Shown: piece by piece, positions 9,167-19,616 of the stretch | Position numbering within the stretch: position 1 is the stretch's first letter | Layout: each line of letters begins with the position of its first letter | NCBI GenBank assembly: GCA_052034935.1 | Contig: JBPOIB010000006.1 | Span: 537-64,536, forward strand | Length of the DNA: 64,000 bases | Direction of reading: 5' to 3' | Source: Candidatus Moraniibacteriota bacterium | GTDB lineage: Bacteria > Patescibacteriota > Minisyncoccia > Moranbacterales > UBA1568 | Translations under genes and position numbers: made by a program | Notes under the pieces: model-generated | Told to the model about the DNA's origin: nothing | Databases searched by the model: none | What the model saw: only the letters and a program-made list of their open reading frames with translations

Positions 9167-10153
9167 CTAAATACCGAAGTAGTCCTTATACCAGTCGACG
9201 AAATTCTTTATGCCGACATCGATGCGAGTGGTCGGTTTCCAGCCGAGTTTGCGGAGCTTGCGAATGTCCGCGACGGTCGACGGTACATCGCCAGGTTGGA
9301 TCGGCATCAGTTTTTTCTTGGCGACTTTGCCGACATTCTTTTCGATCACCTCGATGAAGCGCGTGAGCTTCTCTTCCCTGTCCCCACCAATATTCATCAC
9401 CGTGCAGGCGAGATTCGCATCGAGGCAGGTCAGGATGCCCGAGACGATATCGTCAACATAGGTAAAGTTCCGCGTCATGTTGCCGTGATTGTAGACTTTG
9501 ATAGTTTCGTCCGCAAAAATCGCGCGAGTAAAATCGAAGAGCGCCATGTCCGGTCGCCCCCACGGCCCGTAGACCGTGAAGAAGCGGAGTCCCGTCGTGG
9601 GGAGCCCATGGATATGACTGTAGACATGGGCCATGAGTTCGGTCGCTTTCTTTGTCGCAGCGTACGGCGAGATCGGCGTATCGACCGGATCGGCTTCGGA
9701 AAACGGCAGCTTCGTATTGTTGCCGTAGACGCTCGATGACGACGCGTAGAGAAAATTCTTCACACCGTACTTCACGGCAAGATCGAGCAGATAGGTTGTC
9801 CCCATCACATTCACATCGGCATACAGCGCCGGATCACGGAGACTATTCCGTACCCCCGCCATCGCCGCGAGATGGACCACTTTGTCCGGCCGCTCTTTCT
9901 TGAACAGCTTTTCGAGAAAAGCGCGGTCACGGATATCGCCGCGATAGAGCTTGAACTGGCCCTTGTAACCTTTCAGGAACTTCTTGATGCGATCTTCTTT
10001 GATCCGCGGATCATAGTAGTCATTGAAATTATCGATGAGTACCGGCATATCGCCGCGGTCCATCAGGGCCTTTGCGGTCGCCGAACCAATGAAGCCGGCT
10101 CCGCCTGTGATAAGCACCTTGATACCCTTCTTCGCCGCTTTCTTTTCCACCAT
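9167..10153 (-). CDS. NAD-dependent epimerase/dehydratase (short-chain dehydrogenase family, UDP-sugar 4-epimerase-like, e.g. UDP-glucuronate 4-epimerase).
   Basis: TGGAGFIGS Rossmann motif. YAATKKATE (YxxxK) catalytic motif. Confidence 0.8.
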   Translation of the reverse strand: MVEKKAAKKGIKVLITGGAGFIGSATAKALMDRGDMPVLIDNFNDYYDPRIKEDRIKKFLKGYKGQFKLYRGDIRDRAFLEKLFKKERPDKVVHLAAMAGVRNSLRDPALYADVNVMGTTYLLDLAVKYGVKNFLYASSSSVYGNNTKLPFSEADPVDTPISPYAATKKATELMAHVYSHIHGLPTTGLRFFTVYGPWGRPDMALFDFTRAIFADETIKVYNHGNMTRNFTYVDDIVSGILTCLDANLACTVMNIGGDREEKLTRFIEVIEKNVGKVAKKKLMPIQPGDVPSTVADIRKLRKLGWKPTTRIDVGIKNFVDWYKDYFGI

Positions 10154-10163
10154 ACGATCGTGA

Positions 10164-10958
10164 TTATTTCTTACGGATGAATTCTTGCGCTCGTTTCCAC
10201 AGTCCGCGCGGACCGCTTCGCATCAGTTCACGGTACGCATTCCCAGCGATCGCGAATACTCGGCCGACCGGAGAACCGGGACGGAAGAACGACCGCTGAA
10301 GGGCGGCCCGCTTCTCCATGTGCCGGATAAGCTTTTCAGTGATCCGTTCGGCTTCCTCCGACGTGAGCACTCCTTTGCGGAGCACGATCGCGAACCCGTT
10401 ACCAATCTTGTCATCGGTGTCCTGGAAATCGACGAGCGACCAGTCGAGTCCGATTGAGCGCACCAGGTCGAGAACGTCTTCGGTTACCCAATAGCTGCAG
10501 TGACCAGTTTCCGGATCCGGTTCGACAGCTAAAGTACCCACATGGCGCGCCTGAAGCTCGGCGAATGTCGTCGCTTCCTTGCCGCGATCGAATGTCCGCT
10601 CGCGATGAGGCACGATCATATAGACATACCCGTCCGGCTTCACGACGCGATACCACTCGGTCAGCGCCTTGATCGGATCAGCAAAGTGCTCGAGTACGTG
10701 TGATGAGACGACGAAATCGACGGATCCGTCCGGAAACAGCAGAGCATCCCCGGGCGCGACGACATCTATGGGTGCAACCTCGCCCGAAATATGAAGCTCG
10801 CGTTTTTTATACGTGCTGCGATTAAACTCATCCGCGATATCGACATTTTGGGTATTGAGGCCGAAGGGATTATGCGCCGAAGCGCCGATCTCGATGCCAA
10901 TAAGGCCGTCGAGATAACGATGGGCGAGCTTACTTTCAGGAAATATCCGTTTCGCCAT
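10164..10958 (-). CDS. Class I SAM-dependent methyltransferase.
   Basis: GIEIGASAHNPFG (motif I-like) and VDFVVSSHVLEHFADP (Methyltransf_11-like) motifs. Confidence 0.7.
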   Translation of the reverse strand: MAKRIFPESKLAHRYLDGLIGIEIGASAHNPFGLNTQNVDIADEFNRSTYKKRELHISGEVAPIDVVAPGDALLFPDGSVDFVVSSHVLEHFADPIKALTEWYRVVKPDGYVYMIVPHRERTFDRGKEATTFAELQARHVGTLAVEPDPETGHCSYWVTEDVLDLVRSIGLDWSLVDFQDTDDKIGNGFAIVLRKGVLTSEEAERITEKLIRHMEKRAALQRSFFRPGSPVGRVFAIAGNAYRELMRSGPRGLWKRAQEFIRKK

Positions 10959-10969
10959 AGTAGTAAGTG

Positions 10970-12148
10970 TTATCCGATACGCGAACGCAGGTAAGTGTAG
11001 TATGCCTCATTCGCCGCATTTTTCGTAGTCGAGTACTGGAGAGCTGTCTCACGAGCCGCTCCCCCCAGCTTTTCCCGGAGCGCTGCATCGGCGATCAGCC
11101 GTCCGATCTTTTCCGCCCATTCCTCGGTCGTCGCCGCGATGAATCCGTCTGTCCCGTCGGTGATCGCTTCGCGGAACGTCTGTGTCGCTGCCGCTACCGT
11201 CGGTACGCCGACGATTCCCGCCTCGAAGAATTTCAGTTCCGATTTCGATTCGCAGAACGAGTTGCCGATTTCGAGCGGGGCGAGGTTGATATCGAGCGAC
11301 GCGATGTTGCCGAAAAGTTCACGCCGCGGTACGAACGCAACCCGCTCGATGCGGTCCGCGTACTGCTGCAGCCGGTCCTCGGTATCGAGCGGTCCCGCGA
11401 GGACGAGCCGCATCTCCGGATACTTTTCGAAAAGCATAATGAGCGCTTCGGAAATCGTCGCGAAGTCCTTGTTGTGGCTCGGTGTCCCGGAAAGATAGCC
11501 GACCCGGACTATTCCGTTAGACTTCTCTTTCGTCTTTTTTTCCAGAGCCGCTTCGGCCCACCAGACATCTTCTTCGGTCAACCGATTCGGCACGATGAAC
11601 ACTTCCTTGCCTTTCTCGCGAAGCTTATCAGCAAGGAAGCTCGTGGTCGTGGTCGCCGTCTTCACATACGGGTCAGCAAGAATCTCACCCCCGACGCCAT
11701 GTTCATACAGCTTGCGCTCGAGCGCATTCATCTGCTGCCAATAATCCATATGCACCAAAAACGCCGGATCGTACACGAGGTCGTCTGTCTCGAAGATGAT
11801 CGTCTTGCCGAGTTCTTTCGCTCGCGCGACGAGCCGCGCCACCGAGGGTGTCATGAGGACACGGTGGAGGACGAAAACCTGGAACGTCTCAGCGTATGAT
11901 GCGAGCCGCGGATTATCCTGTACTGTGACCGATGCTTTGAATCCGTGTAGCTGGAGTTCTTCGGCCACGTGCCTCGTCCGATAGCGTGCACTATCCCCCA
12001 CACCGCCTGAGACGAAGAGAATATCGCCGGGTGCCACGGGAGCGAAGAGTGCAACAAACGCTTCCGAGACGCGCCGCCCGCCGCGGACCAATCCGTCGCG
12101 ACGAATCACACTCCAAGCTTTCCCGATTTTGATGAGGAGAGTATTCAT
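10970..12148 (-). CDS. Glycosyltransferase family 1 (GT4-type).
   Basis: C-terminal ESKSELKFFEAGIVGVPTVAA motif (E-x7-E-like GT4 region). Confidence 0.75.
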   Translation of the reverse strand: MNTLLIKIGKAWSVIRRDGLVRGGRRVSEAFVALFAPVAPGDILFVSGGVGDSARYRTRHVAEELQLHGFKASVTVQDNPRLASYAETFQVFVLHRVLMTPSVARLVARAKELGKTIIFETDDLVYDPAFLVHMDYWQQMNALERKLYEHGVGGEILADPYVKTATTTTSFLADKLREKGKEVFIVPNRLTEEDVWWAEAALEKKTKEKSNGIVRVGYLSGTPSHNKDFATISEALIMLFEKYPEMRLVLAGPLDTEDRLQQYADRIERVAFVPRRELFGNIASLDINLAPLEIGNSFCESKSELKFFEAGIVGVPTVAAATQTFREAITDGTDGFIAATTEEWAEKIGRLIADAALREKLGGAARETALQYSTTKNAANEAYYTYLRSRIG

Positions 12149-12154
12149 ACTTCT

Positions 12155-13360
12155 CTACGGCCGCATGACAGCGCGATAGACATCAGCGAGGATCTCGCCG
12201 GTCCGGTCCCACGAGAATTTCTCCCGGGCCCGGTCACGATTCGCTTCGCCTTTGCGCCTCCTCAGTTCTGGATCACGGAAAAGCCGGAGTACGGCATCAG
12301 CGAGGCCCGCATCAGAAATCTCGCGCGCATACTCCCCGCCTTCAGCGAGATACTCGCGATTATTCTCCGTATCGAAGCCGACGACCGGCAGCCCGGCACC
12401 CATGTACTGGAGCATTTTCCCGCTCGCCTGACCAACACCTTCCTCTTTCGGATCGATGCCGACATCGCTCATCGCGAGGATCTCGCGGAGTGAAAAATAC
12501 GGTAAGGGCGTAATCGGCGTCACCCGGTCCATCCACGGCTGGTCTTCGAAGTACAGGGCCACTTCGTTCCAGGGAAATCCCGCGACGATGATATGGGCTT
12601 TCGGATGTCCCGCGAGGATAGCCGGAATCGCGTTCACGAAGTGGCGGATGCCTTTGTTCGCGACGAGCGCACCAGTATACACCGCGACGAGCGCGTCTTC
12701 CGGAATGCCGTATTTCCGCCGGAGTGCGGCGCGCGGAAACTCGAGCACCTCCTCGCCGTCCGTTCCGACACCGTCAGGCACCGTGACCGGCTCATTCTTT
12801 TTTCTCATCGCTGAGATTTCCCGCGTGTTCTTCCACGAACTCGTCACCGCGCGGTCACCGAGATTGTCGACCACGCGCTCTACCCATTCGAATAAGCGTC
12901 TGAGCGGTCCCGACTGAAGATACGCATGCGACACCATTTCCTTCGTCAGGCTGCCATGAAAATCCCCGACGAGTTTCATCTTCCGCCAGAAAAGTGCTTT
13001 CTGTACCACCCAGCCGATGAGCACGCCTTCGTGCAAGTGCCCGTGGAGGATATCGGGCCGCGTCGTTCGCGCGAGGAAAAAGGTTTTGCGGATAAGCATC
13101 AGATCGAGGATGAGCTTCTGCCAGTCCGGACCGGCTTCGAGCTTCTTATACCAGAAAAGAAGCCGACGGATGCGGCGCACCTCGATCTTTTTCGCAAGCG
13201 GTTCCGGTAGGTCTTGACCGATATGATAAGTCGCAATCGTAACCGAAAAGCCGCGCCGCTCAAGGGCGAGCGCTTCTTCCAGAATACGGATATGTGTCCC
13301 CCGGTCCGAAAAGAACGGGGTCGGGGCGATCATGAGGATTTTTTTGCCTGTTTCAGCCAT
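12155..13360 (-). CDS. Glycosyltransferase family 1 (GT4-type).
   Basis: KKILMIAPTPFFSDRGTHIRI N-terminus. C-terminal GKMLQYMGAGLPVVG motif. The start was set at the internal Met (MAETGKK). Confidence 0.75.
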   Translation of the reverse strand: MAETGKKILMIAPTPFFSDRGTHIRILEEALALERRGFSVTIATYHIGQDLPEPLAKKIEVRRIRRLLFWYKKLEAGPDWQKLILDLMLIRKTFFLARTTRPDILHGHLHEGVLIGWVVQKALFWRKMKLVGDFHGSLTKEMVSHAYLQSGPLRRLFEWVERVVDNLGDRAVTSSWKNTREISAMRKKNEPVTVPDGVGTDGEEVLEFPRAALRRKYGIPEDALVAVYTGALVANKGIRHFVNAIPAILAGHPKAHIIVAGFPWNEVALYFEDQPWMDRVTPITPLPYFSLREILAMSDVGIDPKEEGVGQASGKMLQYMGAGLPVVGFDTENNREYLAEGGEYAREISDAGLADAVLRLFRDPELRRRKGEANRDRAREKFSWDRTGEILADVYRAVMRP

Positions 13361-13462
13361 ATGCCTCCAGTATACCCTAGGCAGATTTCCGAGGGAAAAA
13401 GAAAAACGCCAGGGAGCCGTTTGGCTCTCTGGCATTGTTTTCAGGCTCGGACTGACCGAACT

Positions 13463-14104
13463 CTAGTGCTGCTCTGTGGGCGAACCCGGTGCTGAAGAAG
13501 TCGGCACCACGCGAACCACACACGAGTTGCCGAGACACCGAATCAGGATGTTGTGCATCACCGTGATGAGGAACGCCTGCTCACGCTCACTGAGCCGCGT
13601 ATCCGTATCCCCACCCAGGATGAGCTGACAGCAGCGGACGAAGTTATCCTCCACTGCTCGCGTTCCCGAAGGAGACAGGAGAAAGTCGAGCTTCACCATC
13701 ATCTCGGTCTCGGCCTGGAGGATGGCGCTGGTCGCTTCGATGCCGATGACCGGATGCTCTGCCGTAAAGGCGACCATCTTCTGGTACAAGGCCGGCAAGG
13801 ATGGATGCTTCGACTTCTCGACGAGCGTGTCGAGATCGATCAGCATGTGTGGATCACCGTTCGCATCGATGAGCGAGTCCACTTCACTCGACCAGCGGTA
13901 CGGACCGCGAGGATGAGGAACGATGGACGGCAACGAACCGAACGGCAGGGACAGGACGATGGCTCCATCCGGCAGGCGGTCGAGGACGACGATCTGGTAA
14001 CCGGGCGGGACATGAGAACTGAGCGGACCGAGCACATCACCCGGCGCGATGCCCTCCATGCGGGCACGGAGTTCTTCGATCGCCTCACGAAGAGGGTCAG
14101 ACAT
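13463..14104 (-). CDS. Hypothetical protein (213 aa), high GC, no recognisable domain.
   Basis: Long ORF with balanced composition. The antisense 13553..14218 ORF is D/R/E-rich and was rejected. Confidence 0.45.
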   Translation of the reverse strand: MSDPLREAIEELRARMEGIAPGDVLGPLSSHVPPGYQIVVLDRLPDGAIVLSLPFGSLPSIVPHPRGPYRWSSEVDSLIDANGDPHMLIDLDTLVEKSKHPSLPALYQKMVAFTAEHPVIGIEATSAILQAETEMMVKLDFLLSPSGTRAVEDNFVRCCQLILGGDTDTRLSEREQAFLITVMHNILIRCLGNSCVVRVVPTSSAPGSPTEQH

Positions 14105-14213
14105 GGCACTATCTCCTCAAAACAGAGTTGTGGAAGGGATAAGGAATCTCACTTCTGCGAAAGACAGTTGTCTCGGGCAGAACCGTATCAAACTTTATTT
14201 TTTTTATTTTGTC

Positions 14214-14245
14214 AATAAAAAAAGACCTGCTTAGGTCTTTTTTTA
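14214..14245. terminator. Bidirectional rho-independent terminator.
   Basis: A-run, then GACCT-GCTT-AGGTC hairpin, then T-run. Confidence 0.55.
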
Positions 14246-14259
14246 TCTCTCGCTCAGCA

Positions 14260-14628
14260 CTAGATCGCTGCTCCATCACCGAGATTCATATTCGCTTTGT
14301 ATTGCTCGATCACCTCCGGATGCTTACCGGCTTTGCAGTCATCGACAAAAACCTTCTCGTACTCCCAATCCGTGAACGTCATATATGTCGGTGCCTGTTC
14401 ACAAACAGCATTGATATCAATCTTCGCACCCGGTATCGGCACTACTGCCGGCACTTCTTGCGGCAGTTCAACTAGCCCCCCAGCCGGGAGCGGAGCCGTC
14501 TTCACCGGTGCCATCGCCGGATGCGGCACCGGGGTCGCCTGCCACTTCTCTATGTACCAGAAAGAAACTCCCGAGATGAGAACCGAAAATCCGAGGAGCG
14601 AGAGTAGGACGACGAGCCGTGGATGCAT
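14260..14628 (-). CDS. Small membrane-anchored protein (N-terminal TM, Pro-rich linker).
   Basis: MHPRLVVLLSLLGFSVLISGVSFWYI hydrophobic N-terminus. Confidence 0.45.
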   Translation of the reverse strand: MHPRLVVLLSLLGFSVLISGVSFWYIEKWQATPVPHPAMAPVKTAPLPAGGLVELPQEVPAVVPIPGAKIDINAVCEQAPTYMTFTDWEYEKVFVDDCKAGKHPEVIEQYKANMNLGDGAAI

Positions 14629-14709
14629 AAGTATATATGTATGATATTTAGCTCCGGTATTCTACCAAATCCCTACTTGAAAAGAAAAGTCGCGCACTAT
14701 CCGACTGTT

Positions 14710-16485
14710 TTATCTGAGAATATCACGCAGCCGGCATCGGGCCGCCGAGGTTGAATCACACGGATAGACGGTATATGCATTAGCCCGAATGAGCTCGGCA
14801 CGCTTTTCCTCCGTCATAGGAATGAGTGAAGCGACATGAGACGGAGCGAGTATGAATACGACGAGCGTACCGAAATCAACCCGTTTGACTACTTGAAACC
14901 GTCCATCCGTCTCAACCGGCTGTGAGTCATCCTCAAGCATCTTGTCGGTGCGACGGACGACGACATATAGACCCTTCGGATCGTAGTATTCGTCTGACGG
15001 TGGCAGCATCGTTATGGCATGCCGGTACCAAAGTTCGACGGTGAGCGCTCGCTCCTCATACGCAGGCACACGCCCATAGACGACCATCGCACCACTTTCT
15101 CTCACGGCTGAAGCGATTGCGTCGCCCATCGCCTGGTACTGGCGCATATTGGCCCGGTAATACTCTTCCAAAACTGTCAGCTCGAAGTCAGGATCATAGT
15201 GTCCATCATACCGTGACGTCGTATTCACCCACTGTGCGCTCGCCACAATGGAGAGACCAAGCAGCACGGTGGCAATGACACCCGCAATTTTCTTCACTGG
15301 CCAAGAGAGCACACGGGTGAGCACCCAACCGTAGAGAAAAAGCGGGAGAAAATAAACGATATGGAAATAGCGAGGATCCGATGAAAGGGAAAGCGGCGTG
15401 ACGATTGTGAGCGAGACTATGGAGAGAATGCCCATCATTGTCCACCACGCTTTCACCTCGTGGGATGAGGCCCGAATCTCGCGCCACAGGAAATACCAAC
15501 CAGAAATGATAGCGCCCATACCGGCAGCGATCACCGCCATCAAACCAAGGTTGCGGCTGATGAGCGCCGAAAGTGATTTGGACGAATCGAGTCGGGCGAT
15601 ATCGGGCAGAATGTCATGAGATGAAAGCACAACGAGATGATACCAGACGATATCGTACGCCATCTTGAATACCGCCTTAGAGAGATCGAGCAGCGAGTCG
15701 ACGCGCCCAGCACCAGTCGCGAAAAAAGACTTCGTCACGGCGAACTGGGTCAGATATTCGCTAAGAAGCACTGGTAGAAAAAGAATGACGAGCACTCCCG
15801 AAGCGACGGCCCATTCCCCGGCGGTACGGAGCAGTCGCAGGCGCCACTGCCACAAGATGAGTGTGATCGGAACGATGGCAAAAGTGATCGCATGAAGCTG
15901 CATCAGGACTCCAGCCGCGAGAGCGAAAAGAGCCGCGACGAGCAATCGGTGCTCCTGCCTGAGATACAGCTGCCACGCAGCGAGGAGAAGAGCTGTGACG
16001 AAAAATGGAATGACGTTCGGATTCCAGGTGAAACGGGCGAGCGAGACGAAGATGAGTCCTCCGGCGACATGCGCCGTCAGGATGAGGCTCACCATGGGAC
16101 CGAAAAATCCGCGCGCCAGAAGAAAAAACAGGCCGATGGTCGCGATAGAAAGGATTGCCTCGATGAGGAGCACTCCATAGGGCTCGTCGATACCTGTCAA
16201 CGAAAGACCGGCGATCTGAAAATAGTTATGGATCGGTCCGAGGTGGAAATTCGTTCCCCCAGCCCGAGCACCGAGCAGTGGTAGATTGGCCATGCCTTCC
16301 GAAATGACTCCAGCCGCCATGCGGTAATCCCGCGCCTGATCGATACTCCAGAGCATAGCTCCAGGCATATCGTAGAGACGGAGCGCTGCGCCGCAAAGCA
16401 TGACCGCTATCACAACGATAGCCACTGCGTTTTTTGGTTGTTTTAGAAATGAGAGAACCGAATCGAAACGAAACATAGGCCGCAT
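14710..16485 (-). CDS. Polytopic membrane glycosyltransferase, GT39/GT83 (PMT / ArnT)-like.
   Basis: About 12 TM helices with an extracytoplasmic C-terminal domain. N-terminal region rich in D/R within the first loops. Located in the glycan locus. Confidence 0.55.
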   Translation of the reverse strand: MRPMFRFDSVLSFLKQPKNAVAIVVIAVMLCGAALRLYDMPGAMLWSIDQARDYRMAAGVISEGMANLPLLGARAGGTNFHLGPIHNYFQIAGLSLTGIDEPYGVLLIEAILSIATIGLFFLLARGFFGPMVSLILTAHVAGGLIFVSLARFTWNPNVIPFFVTALLLAAWQLYLRQEHRLLVAALFALAAGVLMQLHAITFAIVPITLILWQWRLRLLRTAGEWAVASGVLVILFLPVLLSEYLTQFAVTKSFFATGAGRVDSLLDLSKAVFKMAYDIVWYHLVVLSSHDILPDIARLDSSKSLSALISRNLGLMAVIAAGMGAIISGWYFLWREIRASSHEVKAWWTMMGILSIVSLTIVTPLSLSSDPRYFHIVYFLPLFLYGWVLTRVLSWPVKKIAGVIATVLLGLSIVASAQWVNTTSRYDGHYDPDFELTVLEEYYRANMRQYQAMGDAIASAVRESGAMVVYGRVPAYEERALTVELWYRHAITMLPPSDEYYDPKGLYVVVRRTDKMLEDDSQPVETDGRFQVVKRVDFGTLVVFILAPSHVASLIPMTEEKRAELIRANAYTVYPCDSTSAARCRLRDILR

Positions 16486-16684
16486 CTTGGCTGAGTATTT
16501 AGTAGGACGACACCGCCTTCACCCTAGCAAATCCCATCCGAAAAGAAAAAGTGGTTAAGGCTCAAACTAACAGAAGTCGTCTACCAAGATCATTGCGATT
16601 TTTTACTTACGCCACGATTTCTAGCGACGTCAAGACTGGCGAAGATTTCTAGATTTGCTAGATTAGGATGTTTAGAAATTCCCT

Positions 16685-18631
16685 ATGGCCATCCGCTCGA
16701 TTTTCTACACTTCACTCATCGCCACTCTCCTCCTCACCCCTCTGGATACGCTTGCTGCGGTAATCTTGAGCGAGGTTCAAATCGAGGGAGAAAAAGCAGC
16801 CGATGAATTCATCGAACTTTATAATGATAGCAACGATTCGGTAAACCTCTCCGGTTGGAGTCTGCGGCGAAAAAGTGCAGGTGACACAACGGCAAAAGGC
16901 AGCTCACTCAAAACATTTGGCAGTAGCGACGCCATTCCTGCTCACGGCTACTTTCTCTGGGCGAATAGCAGTAGCCTGTTCAAAGACTTGGCCGATACAA
17001 CGACCGGATCAAGCCTCTCCGACAACAACAGCCTCGCACTGTACGACAAAACGGGAGTGCTGATTGATTCCCTCGCCTGGGGCACGGGCCATGTACTCCC
17101 CTTTTCCCCAGCCTCATTCGATAATCCAGACAAAAACAAAAGTTTTACCCGCGACCTCGACACACTCGATTGGAGTGAGACCGACGAAACTTCACCCACA
17201 AATTCCCGTGGCGAATCATTCCCAACCGAAGAAGAACCGCCAGCGCCAGTCGGACCCGGACTTCAGTCCATACTTATCAATGAAGTTTTTCCCAATCCGA
17301 AGGAAAAAGATGATGCCGGGGAATTTATCGAGCTTTATAATCCTACCGACAAGATAGTTGACCTCTCTGATTGGGAAATCCGCGATGCATCAGCAAGTGG
17401 AAAATATATCTTCCCAAGCGGCAGCACTCTCCCCTCTCTCGGATATCTCGTCATCTCTGATAAAGAGTTCTCACTCTCGCTCAATAATTCCGACGAGACA
17501 GTATCGCTGTACGATCAATCAGGGCGACTGGTACACCAGGTAAAGTACGAGAAAACAAAAGAAGGTATCTCGCTCAATCTGGTCGGAAGCGGACTGCGGG
17601 GTGCGAGAAAGCCGACCCCCGGCAGCGCAAACAGCGAAAATATGAATCCGACTACCCGTGAGCGCGTCCCAAAAGAGGGCTACCGTGATTTCGCTATTGA
17701 ATTCCACGCGCGAGGCAAGGATAGCGACGGGGATAGTCTCAAATTCACCTGGGACTTCGGCGACGGCCGCAAGAGCTACAAAGAAAACACGACCCATAAA
17801 TACGAAAAGACTGGTCGTTACGTAGTCACCCTCACGACCGACGACGGCATCGATACAACAACTGAGAGCTTTGAGATCAAGATTGCAAAGTACGAAGCAC
17901 CGAAACTCCGCATCGTCGCTTTTGTGCCGAATCCGAAAGGCAAAGATAGCGACTTCGAATGGATCGAAATCGAGAATCGCGGCAAGAAGTCCGTTAATCT
18001 GAATGGCTTCAGTATCGCGACCGGTACCAAGAAAAAATCCGTGAGCAATCACCCGATCAGCAAAGACCTCATTATTCCTGGGAAATCAGTACGACGTATC
18101 ACGCGCAGCCATTCGCTCTTCACCCTGGGTAATGAACGCGGCATCATCGAGCTCCGTGCCCCGGACGGAGAAGTCATTCACGACGTAAAGTATAAATTCG
18201 ATAGATCACTCGACGATGATGTCGTCTTGAAGAAAGAAAAAGGGAAAGCGCTCACGCTCGTCACTCTACCTTCTGAAGCACAGAAATCTGAAGCTGAAAC
18301 TCCTGAGGAAAATCCCGATGCCAACACTCCATCAGCAGAAGAGACTATGCTAACGCCTCCACCAACCGAAGAGTCCACTGAAGCACCAGAAGCGCAAGCA
18401 CAACCGGCAGGTGATGCGAATGATACTCCGAAAGAAAGTTTGTCTAAAACTATTTCACCGTCTACAGGACTTCCACTTTCCGGTATTTCCTTCCTGGCCC
18501 GATTTTTCGGCGTGGAGCGAGGAGAAAACAAAAACATCCTCGCGCGGTGGGAGGATGTCTTGAATACCGTTTTGAACGAGTGGCTCGCCGATACGGCAGT
18601 GGCGACTAGGCGGCCGGAGGAGTCGGAGTAG
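16685..18631 (+). CDS. Secreted/surface protein with lamin-tail domains (LTD), a PKD domain and a Pro/Glu/Thr-rich C-terminal tail.
   Basis: Signal peptide. Repeated EFIELYN...LSGW(S/E)(L/I) LTD signature three times. FTWDFGDGRKSYKENTTHKYEKTGRYVVTLTTDDG PKD signature. Confidence 0.7.
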   Translation: MAIRSIFYTSLIATLLLTPLDTLAAVILSEVQIEGEKAADEFIELYNDSNDSVNLSGWSLRRKSAGDTTAKGSSLKTFGSSDAIPAHGYFLWANSSSLFKDLADTTTGSSLSDNNSLALYDKTGVLIDSLAWGTGHVLPFSPASFDNPDKNKSFTRDLDTLDWSETDETSPTNSRGESFPTEEEPPAPVGPGLQSILINEVFPNPKEKDDAGEFIELYNPTDKIVDLSDWEIRDASASGKYIFPSGSTLPSLGYLVISDKEFSLSLNNSDETVSLYDQSGRLVHQVKYEKTKEGISLNLVGSGLRGARKPTPGSANSENMNPTTRERVPKEGYRDFAIEFHARGKDSDGDSLKFTWDFGDGRKSYKENTTHKYEKTGRYVVTLTTDDGIDTTTESFEIKIAKYEAPKLRIVAFVPNPKGKDSDFEWIEIENRGKKSVNLNGFSIATGTKKKSVSNHPISKDLIIPGKSVRRITRSHSLFTLGNERGIIELRAPDGEVIHDVKYKFDRSLDDDVVLKKEKGKALTLVTLPSEAQKSEAETPEENPDANTPSAEETMLTPPPTEESTEAPEAQAQPAGDANDTPKESLSKTISPSTGLPLSGISFLARFFGVERGENKNILARWEDVLNTVLNEWLADTAVATRRPEESE

Positions 18632-19397
18632 TGTCTGACTTTGAAACTTCGGTTTTTTCCGGAGTCGGGGTAGCAGCCACCTCCGGTGCTTTTGACTCGA
18701 CGGCTGGAACCGTCGCAGCAACCGGAACTTCAACCGCCGGCGTGACTACGACTGCGGCCGGTGTGGCAGCAGCGAGATTGAACGCTTGGTCGTAAAGTGA
18801 GCGGTAAACGAAAATGAGCGCGAGCGAGACGACCGGCAGTGCGATGAAGAGTCCGACACCGAGTGCGAGCGTCCCAAGGATGATGATACCAATCGAGGCG
18901 AACGTGAAACCGACGATGAGCCACTTCACACCATCCGTCAGCTGGCCGCTCATCTTGAGCGAATCGAAGGCGCCGACTTTCTTATCAGCAATGAGGAAGC
19001 CGTAGAAGCAATATTTGATCATGAAGTAGAGACCCGGGATGATGAAGGCAACCAATCCGAGAATGACGATCATACCGTAGAGAATCGATGCACCGACATA
19101 GGACAACGTTTCTTCGTGCCAGAGGAAGAGATCGGTCCACTTCGGCTTCTCGCCATCGAAGAGGTGGATGGTGATGACGAGAAAGTTGAAGTTGAGCCAG
19201 ATGCGGAGCAACCCGCCGATGACCGCAAAAATACCCGAGGTCGGCTCAATCCCCTTGTACGGACCCTCCGAGAGAGCCGTAAAGACCGCACTCGCAAAGA
19301 AGATAGTTGCATACGCCGCGAGAAGAAAGACCCAGTGTTCTTTGAGCTTGGCCCAGCCGTCTGCGAATGCGTCCTTGAACGAAAAATTCTTGTTCAT
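18606..19397 (-). CDS. Membrane protein (several TM) with a Pro/Ala/Thr/Val-rich C-terminal tail.
   Basis: The start was moved to MNKNFSF because the longer ORF runs toward the tRNA-Gly gene. Convergent 26-nt overlap with the LTD gene. Confidence 0.5.
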   Translation of the reverse strand: MNKNFSFKDAFADGWAKLKEHWVFLLAAYATIFFASAVFTALSEGPYKGIEPTSGIFAVIGGLLRIWLNFNFLVITIHLFDGEKPKWTDLFLWHEETLSYVGASILYGMIVILGLVAFIIPGLYFMIKYCFYGFLIADKKVGAFDSLKMSGQLTDGVKWLIVGFTFASIGIIILGTLALGVGLFIALPVVSLALIFVYRSLYDQAFNLAAATPAAVVVTPAVEVPVAATVPAVESKAPEVAATPTPEKTEVSKSDTTPTPPAA

Positions 19398-19415
19398 AAT
19401 GTATTTATTGAAGTG

Positions 19416-19486
19416 AGCGGGTAACGGGAATCGAACCCGTCGCTTAACCTTGGGAAGGTCACGTATTACCACTATACTATACCCGC
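19416..19486 (-). tRNA. tRNA-Gly (anticodon CCC).
   Basis: Manual cloverleaf: acceptor GCGGGTA, anticodon loop TTCCCAA, T-arm ACGGGTTCGATTCCCGT. CCA not encoded. Confidence 0.85.
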
Positions 19487-19616
19487 GGCGGCGCCTGTTT
19501 CGGGGGTTAGCGCGTACTCTTTATAGCCTATGGAGCCGAGCAAATCAAGGGTTCGTCAAAGGAGCGAGTTCTTGATAGTATTGAGGGGTACGACCTAAAT
19601 TTTTTTCTCACTCGCC

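Noticed and set aside
17519-18052. 177-aa minus-strand ORF inside the LTD gene.
   Set aside because: Antisense shadow. The plus-strand protein has recognisable LTD/PKD repeats.
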